The notes below the pieces were generated by a model that saw nothing but the letters and a program-made list of their open reading frames with translations, ran no database searches and was not told the DNA's origin. Source: an uncultured Candidatus Saccharibacteria bacterium (GTDB lineage Bacteria; Patescibacteriota; Minisyncoccia; Phycocordibacterales; SBAW01). From it: a stretch of 64,000 nt of DNA. Shown in pieces: positions 60,496 to 64,000 of the stretch. The stretch spans positions 7,997 through 71,996 of the forward strand of contig CAYQPO010000002.1 of assembly GCA_964420015.1 (NCBI GenBank), written 5' to 3'. The position numbers and the translations under genes were made by a program. The first letter of the stretch is position 1, and each line of letters opens with the position of its first letter.

Positions 60496-60813
60496 GTGCT
60501 TACACCCCATCAAAAGAAGCTGCTGAACCAACGTGAAGCTAAGGGAAGAAGGTTGGGAAGTATAGAGGATATAAGGCCGTACTTGTATATTAGAGAGGTT
60601 CATAAACCGAGAGTAAACAAAATCTTGCAATTTTGGTCTAATTTTTTAAGTCTACCAAAAGAACAATTTCCCGTTATTATTTATATAAAAAATAAACATA
60701 AAAAAGTTTACGAAAATCACGATTCGTATTATGGTGTAATAGCTTTACGGGTAAGGGCCGGGACAGAATTAAAATATAAAATCTTAGGCCTCATTAAGGC
60801 CTGTAAAGAAGAA
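60496..60813 (+). CDS. AT-rich hypothetical ORF (foreign-looking); its 3' end reads into the tRNA gene
   Basis: ~35 % GC versus ~58 % around it; ORF 60496..60852 overlaps tRNA 60814..60887, so the C-terminus is probably artefactual or a remnant. Confidence 0.3.
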
Positions 60814-60887
60814 GCCGGGGTAGCTCAGATGGTTAGAGCATCACATTCATAACGTGAAGGTCGGCAGTTCGATCCTGCCCCCCGGCA
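60814..60887 (+). tRNA. tRNA-Met (CAU anticodon)
   Basis: GCCGGGG/TA/GCTC-AGATGGTTA-GAGC/A/TCACA-TTCATAA-CGTGA/AGGTC/GGCAG-TTCGATC-CTGCC/CCCCGGC-A. Confidence 0.7.
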
Positions 60888-60931
60888 CATGGTAGAAAAA
60901 TTCGTGTTTTTACGATAGAATCGCCTTGTTT

Positions 60932-61007
60932 GCGGGAGTAGCTCAGCTGGTTAGAGCGCCGCCCTGTCACGGCGGAGGTCGCGGGTTCGAACCCCGTCTC
61001 TCGCGCA
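60932..61007 (+). tRNA. tRNA-Asp (GUC anticodon)
   Basis: GCGGGAG acceptor, anticodon loop CTGTCAC, T-arm GCGGGTTCGAACCCCGT, discriminator G. Confidence 0.8.
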
Positions 61008-61077
61008 AATTGAACCGGAAACAGAAGTGTGTCAATTTCTCATTCTTTTTTCACGGAGGCTTTTGTACGCTCAGTGC

Positions 61078-61593
61078 ATGAGCTTGCAGAAAGTACATTT
61101 CAGTCCCATGCAAGACTCGCTCTGGGTAAATCCGCTCTGGAGCGATCCGCAGTTGCTGCGCTGGTTTTTTATACTGCTCGCTTTCTTCGGTTTGGGGTTT
61201 GCTGCGTTTATGGCCTCGCTTATGGCCACTACACACGTCGACACAGGGACCTCTGTACGTGCGGCGGCGCATATTGATGCTCGACCGCTCGAGCTCCATA
61301 TAGCAGACAGCGGGCTTATCCTGCTCCGGAGTGCTCGCATTGTCTCTATTGCGGGCCCAACGCTCATGCTGGAAACTGCGTGGGGCAGAAACAAATTTAT
61401 GTGGACCGTACATACTGATGCCTATCAATACGAGGCGCGCAGTGCGGGGACCAAATTTCTGACGCGTGATGGTACGCCGATTACGATCAATGACTTGCAG
61501 CTTGGGGATTTGGTAACGGTCACGGGCACACTCGCACAAAGCGGCTCAAGTTTTGTAGTTACTGCTGACGCAGTGCGACTCTCAGCTCAATAA
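61078..61593 (+). CDS. hypothetical membrane-anchored protein
   Basis: one TM (FFILLAFFGLGFAAFMASL); start uncertain (61027/61078/61108). Confidence 0.4.
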   Translation: MSLQKVHFSPMQDSLWVNPLWSDPQLLRWFFILLAFFGLGFAAFMASLMATTHVDTGTSVRAAAHIDARPLELHIADSGLILLRSARIVSIAGPTLMLETAWGRNKFMWTVHTDAYQYEARSAGTKFLTRDGTPITINDLQLGDLVTVTGTLAQSGSSFVVTADAVRLSAQ

Positions 61594-61741
61594 TTCTGAA
61601 TTTTTTTGCGCTTCTTTAAAACTTCATCAACCTGAATGAAGTTTTTTGCTCATGCATGGCAATGACATCCAGGATTTTTTCATTGCACTGATGGGTTGCG
61701 GTTGCCGTCAACCACACGTATGACCCTACACTGTAGAGCGC

Positions 61742-62878
61742 ATGAAGAAACAGATGAACAAAAAAATATGGTTCGTGTTCGTAATTATAGTATCTCTAGC
61801 ACAATTACTCATACCCCTTAGCCAGGCAGTGGCAGAAACTCCTGACCCCGACCCGGTACACGCCCTGCAGATGCAGGCGCTTGCTCAGGCGGTACAAACG
61901 GGTCAGGATACTGACCCGGTGCATGCTGCTTGGGTAAACACCTATACCAACACGCAGCCCAAGTCCAATAAAAAAAGTATTGCCGTAACACCGCCTCCGG
62001 CGCCCACTCCTGCGCCAGTTATCACGACCTTAACCACTAACACGGCGGGATATTATGTCGACCCGAACTCCGCTGCAAAGCAGCAGGCAGATGCGTGGCG
62101 CGTGGCGCGCCCCGCGGACGCCGCAAAAATGGACGTGCTCGCCGCACAGCCAACTGCCAAATGGTTTGGCGACTGGAGCGGCGACATCCAGTCGGCAGTC
62201 AATAGTTATGTCTCACAGGCCGCTGCCGCAGGTAAAGAAGCACTCATCGTCGCCTACGACATCCCGCAGCGCGACTGTGGTGGCTACTCGGCTGGTGGCA
62301 ATGGCGACTACAGCGCATGGGTCAAAGGGCTCGCTCAGGGCATCGGTAGCCGCCAAGCAACGGTGATCTTGGAGCCCGACTCGCTTGCGCTCGTCGACTG
62401 CCTTTCTACGAGCGATCTAAACACGCGCTACCAACTCTTGAGCTCAGCGGTCTCAGTGCTCAAAAACAATTCGAACACCAAGGTCTATCTCGACGCAGGC
62501 CACAGCGCTTGGGTCGACCCGACCACAATGGCGGCCCGATTACAAAAAGCTAACGTTGCGCAGGCAGACGGCTTCTACACCAACGTCTCAAACTTTATGA
62601 CGACGAGTGACGAGACTGTTTATGGCGCCAATGTAAGCCAGCTGCTTGGCGGCAAGCACTTCGTAGTCGACACCTCACGCAACGGCAACGGGTCAAACGG
62701 CGAGTGGTGTAACCCTACTGGTAGGGCAATTGGTCAAACTCCGACCAACCAAACAGGCAACGCGCTTGTAGATGCGCTTCTGTGGGTCAAAACGCCTGGC
62801 GAGTCCGACGGTACCTGCAACGGCGGCCCGAGCGCCGGAGTGTGGTGGCCCGACTACGCACTCTCGCTCGTCCCCTAA
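61742..62878 (+). CDS. secreted glycoside hydrolase family 6 (GH6 endoglucanase/cellobiohydrolase-like)
   Basis: signal peptide; Pro/Thr linker; GH6 signature 1 VAYDIPQRDCGGYSAGG and signature 2 VILEPDSLAL. Confidence 0.8.
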   Translation: MKKQMNKKIWFVFVIIVSLAQLLIPLSQAVAETPDPDPVHALQMQALAQAVQTGQDTDPVHAAWVNTYTNTQPKSNKKSIAVTPPPAPTPAPVITTLTTNTAGYYVDPNSAAKQQADAWRVARPADAAKMDVLAAQPTAKWFGDWSGDIQSAVNSYVSQAAAAGKEALIVAYDIPQRDCGGYSAGGNGDYSAWVKGLAQGIGSRQATVILEPDSLALVDCLSTSDLNTRYQLLSSAVSVLKNNSNTKVYLDAGHSAWVDPTTMAARLQKANVAQADGFYTNVSNFMTTSDETVYGANVSQLLGGKHFVVDTSRNGNGSNGEWCNPTGRAIGQTPTNQTGNALVDALLWVKTPGESDGTCNGGPSAGVWWPDYALSLVP

Positions 62879-62973
62879 ATTTGCGAGGCCGAACCCCACA
62901 AATATCAAGTTGATGCAAAAAGAGCCCTAGAAATAGGGCTCTTTTTGTACTTGACCAAATAGGAGATGACGCC

Positions 62974-63600
62974 ATGACTCAAGTCATGACCCCATCCGAA
63001 ATGACCGACGGCCAAATCAACAAGGCCGTGGCCAACTACCGCGCAATGCTCGAAAAGCACCGCGGGGAGCTCATGTCCGAGCCGGCACAGCAAGTGCTCG
63101 GCTCAGCCGAGCTCGGCGCCGAGATGTTCGGCATCCTGCGCCGACGCGTTGAGATGCTCACGGGCATGATTGTCCGGCGGGTCAAGGTCGATCGCTCGCG
63201 CACGCCGCAGGCGATGCTCGACGCGACCGGCCGCAAGCAGTACACCACCCGCTCGGTGGTGGATGCGATGCCTCGCGGCGAAGGGGAAGAGACCGATGTG
63301 GTCTTCTTCAAGCCCCGGCCGGAGGAGTACGATCACGACGGCTGGATGTCGGATGAGGCGCTCGATCGCGCATACGATGCGCGCGGGCTCAAGCCCGCCG
63401 ACCCGTACTCGGTCGGTGCTGTCAATGAGACCGACCCCGCTTTCGCCGACGAGAAGCCCCACGGCACCCACTGGAAGGATGGGCGGGGCAAGTGGTGCTT
63501 CGCGGCCTTCGACCGGTGGGGCGGCGAGCGCTTCGTCGACGTCTACCGCCGCGGCAGCGGCTGGGATATCTACTGGTCGTTCGCCGGTGTTCGCAAGTAG
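62974..63600 (+). CDS. hypothetical protein (208 aa)
   Basis: ORF with a purine-rich RBS (ATAGGAGATG) 9 nt upstream; no family recognised. Confidence 0.45.
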   Translation: MTQVMTPSEMTDGQINKAVANYRAMLEKHRGELMSEPAQQVLGSAELGAEMFGILRRRVEMLTGMIVRRVKVDRSRTPQAMLDATGRKQYTTRSVVDAMPRGEGEETDVVFFKPRPEEYDHDGWMSDEALDRAYDARGLKPADPYSVGAVNETDPAFADEKPHGTHWKDGRGKWCFAAFDRWGGERFVDVYRRGSGWDIYWSFAGVRK

Positions 63601-63790
63601 CACTCGGATTTTTGCCCGTTTGCACTTGCGCTTTGATTCATGCACTTTGTTTCCCGCCGCGTCCTCCAAGGACGCGGCGGTTTTGTATATAATAAAAGGC
63701 GAATAGTAGGCGAATCTGCTTTTGATTAAGGTCAAAGCGGCCGAGTTTCAGTGTACTTCAGGGGGCTGGTAGGATTTATCAAACCAAGAT

Positions 63791-64000
63791 CTGACTGAAA
63801 CTACTGAGCGTAGGCGGTTTTTGCTGCCTGCGCTACTGGGGTGTTGTAGCGCAGCTGGTAGACGTACAAGTTAAGGTCGTTGGAGAACCGGATCGCTTCG
63901 GTGCGCTTAAAGTGACTGTCGAAGTAGTCTTTGATTTTTTGTTCGTAACCCTGGTCATAGCTCAAAAGCAGGTACGCATATTGATGATCCCAAGTGGTCG
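63791..64000 (-). CDS. 3' end of a minus-strand gene continuing beyond the window (…YDQGYEQKIKDYFDSHFKRTEAIRFSNDLNLYVYQLRYNTPVAQAAKTAYAQ*)
   Basis: open frame from the window edge to a stop at ~63791; product unknown. Confidence 0.3.

Overview
64 kb window from a GC-rich (by eye roughly 55-60 %) bacterium that uses the standard code; TGA is seen as a stop, e.g. at the end of thrC and of the DGR target gene. Gene content points to a small-genome, possibly Patescibacteria/CPR-like organism, but this is inference only. Supporting observations: no L30 between S5 and L15; Ala/Lys-rich tails on S10, S19 and S5; a type IV pilus locus without secretin; many leaderless-looking starts; non-SD pre-start motifs.

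Layout 5'->3':
- 1-18.5 kb: fusA (3' part), tuf, then the S10/spc/secY ribosomal-protein cluster (rpsJ to rplO, secY, adk, map, ndk). It is interrupted three times: a CPBP protease gene between rpsJ and rplC; an antisense ORF between rplB and rpsS; and a ~2 kb block of four antisense genes (including a MOSC-domain protein) between rplE and rpsN.
- 18.7-37 kb: beta-CASP ribonuclease; two overlapping hypotheticals; rplT-rpmI-infC (minus); thrC; smpB plus a divergent tmRNA; cfa; ftsH; tRNA-Ile(UAU) followed by an AT-rich islet; recG; ECF sigma and anti-sigma-like pair; tRNA-Ser; a Cys-rich/DsbA/heavy-metal-binding cluster.
- 37-52.6 kb: an 874-aa surface protein (FN3-like repeats plus PG-binding domains), then a 13 kb type IV pilus/competence locus: comF, pilM, pilN, pilO, pilB, pilT, pilC, three tandem pilins, pilD and four minor pilins.
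- 52.6-64 kb: ligA; a diversity-generating retroelement (DGR); gatC-gatA; tRNA-Met, an AT-rich islet, tRNA-Met, tRNA-Asp; a secreted GH6 glycoside hydrolase; hypotheticals.

The most notable object is the DGR at 54.7-57.3 kb. It comprises a target gene with a C-terminal variable repeat (VR), a template repeat (TR), an antisense avd and a reverse transcriptase. The VR and TR are ~109 bp and differ at 20 positions, every one at a TR adenine. A GC hairpin follows the VR.

The RT and avd both look disrupted at homopolymer tracts: a G11 run in the antisense overlap of their 5' ends, and an in-frame TAA directly after an A10 run in the RT.

Several short motif families recur just upstream of start codons, including a conserved 5-codon uORF.
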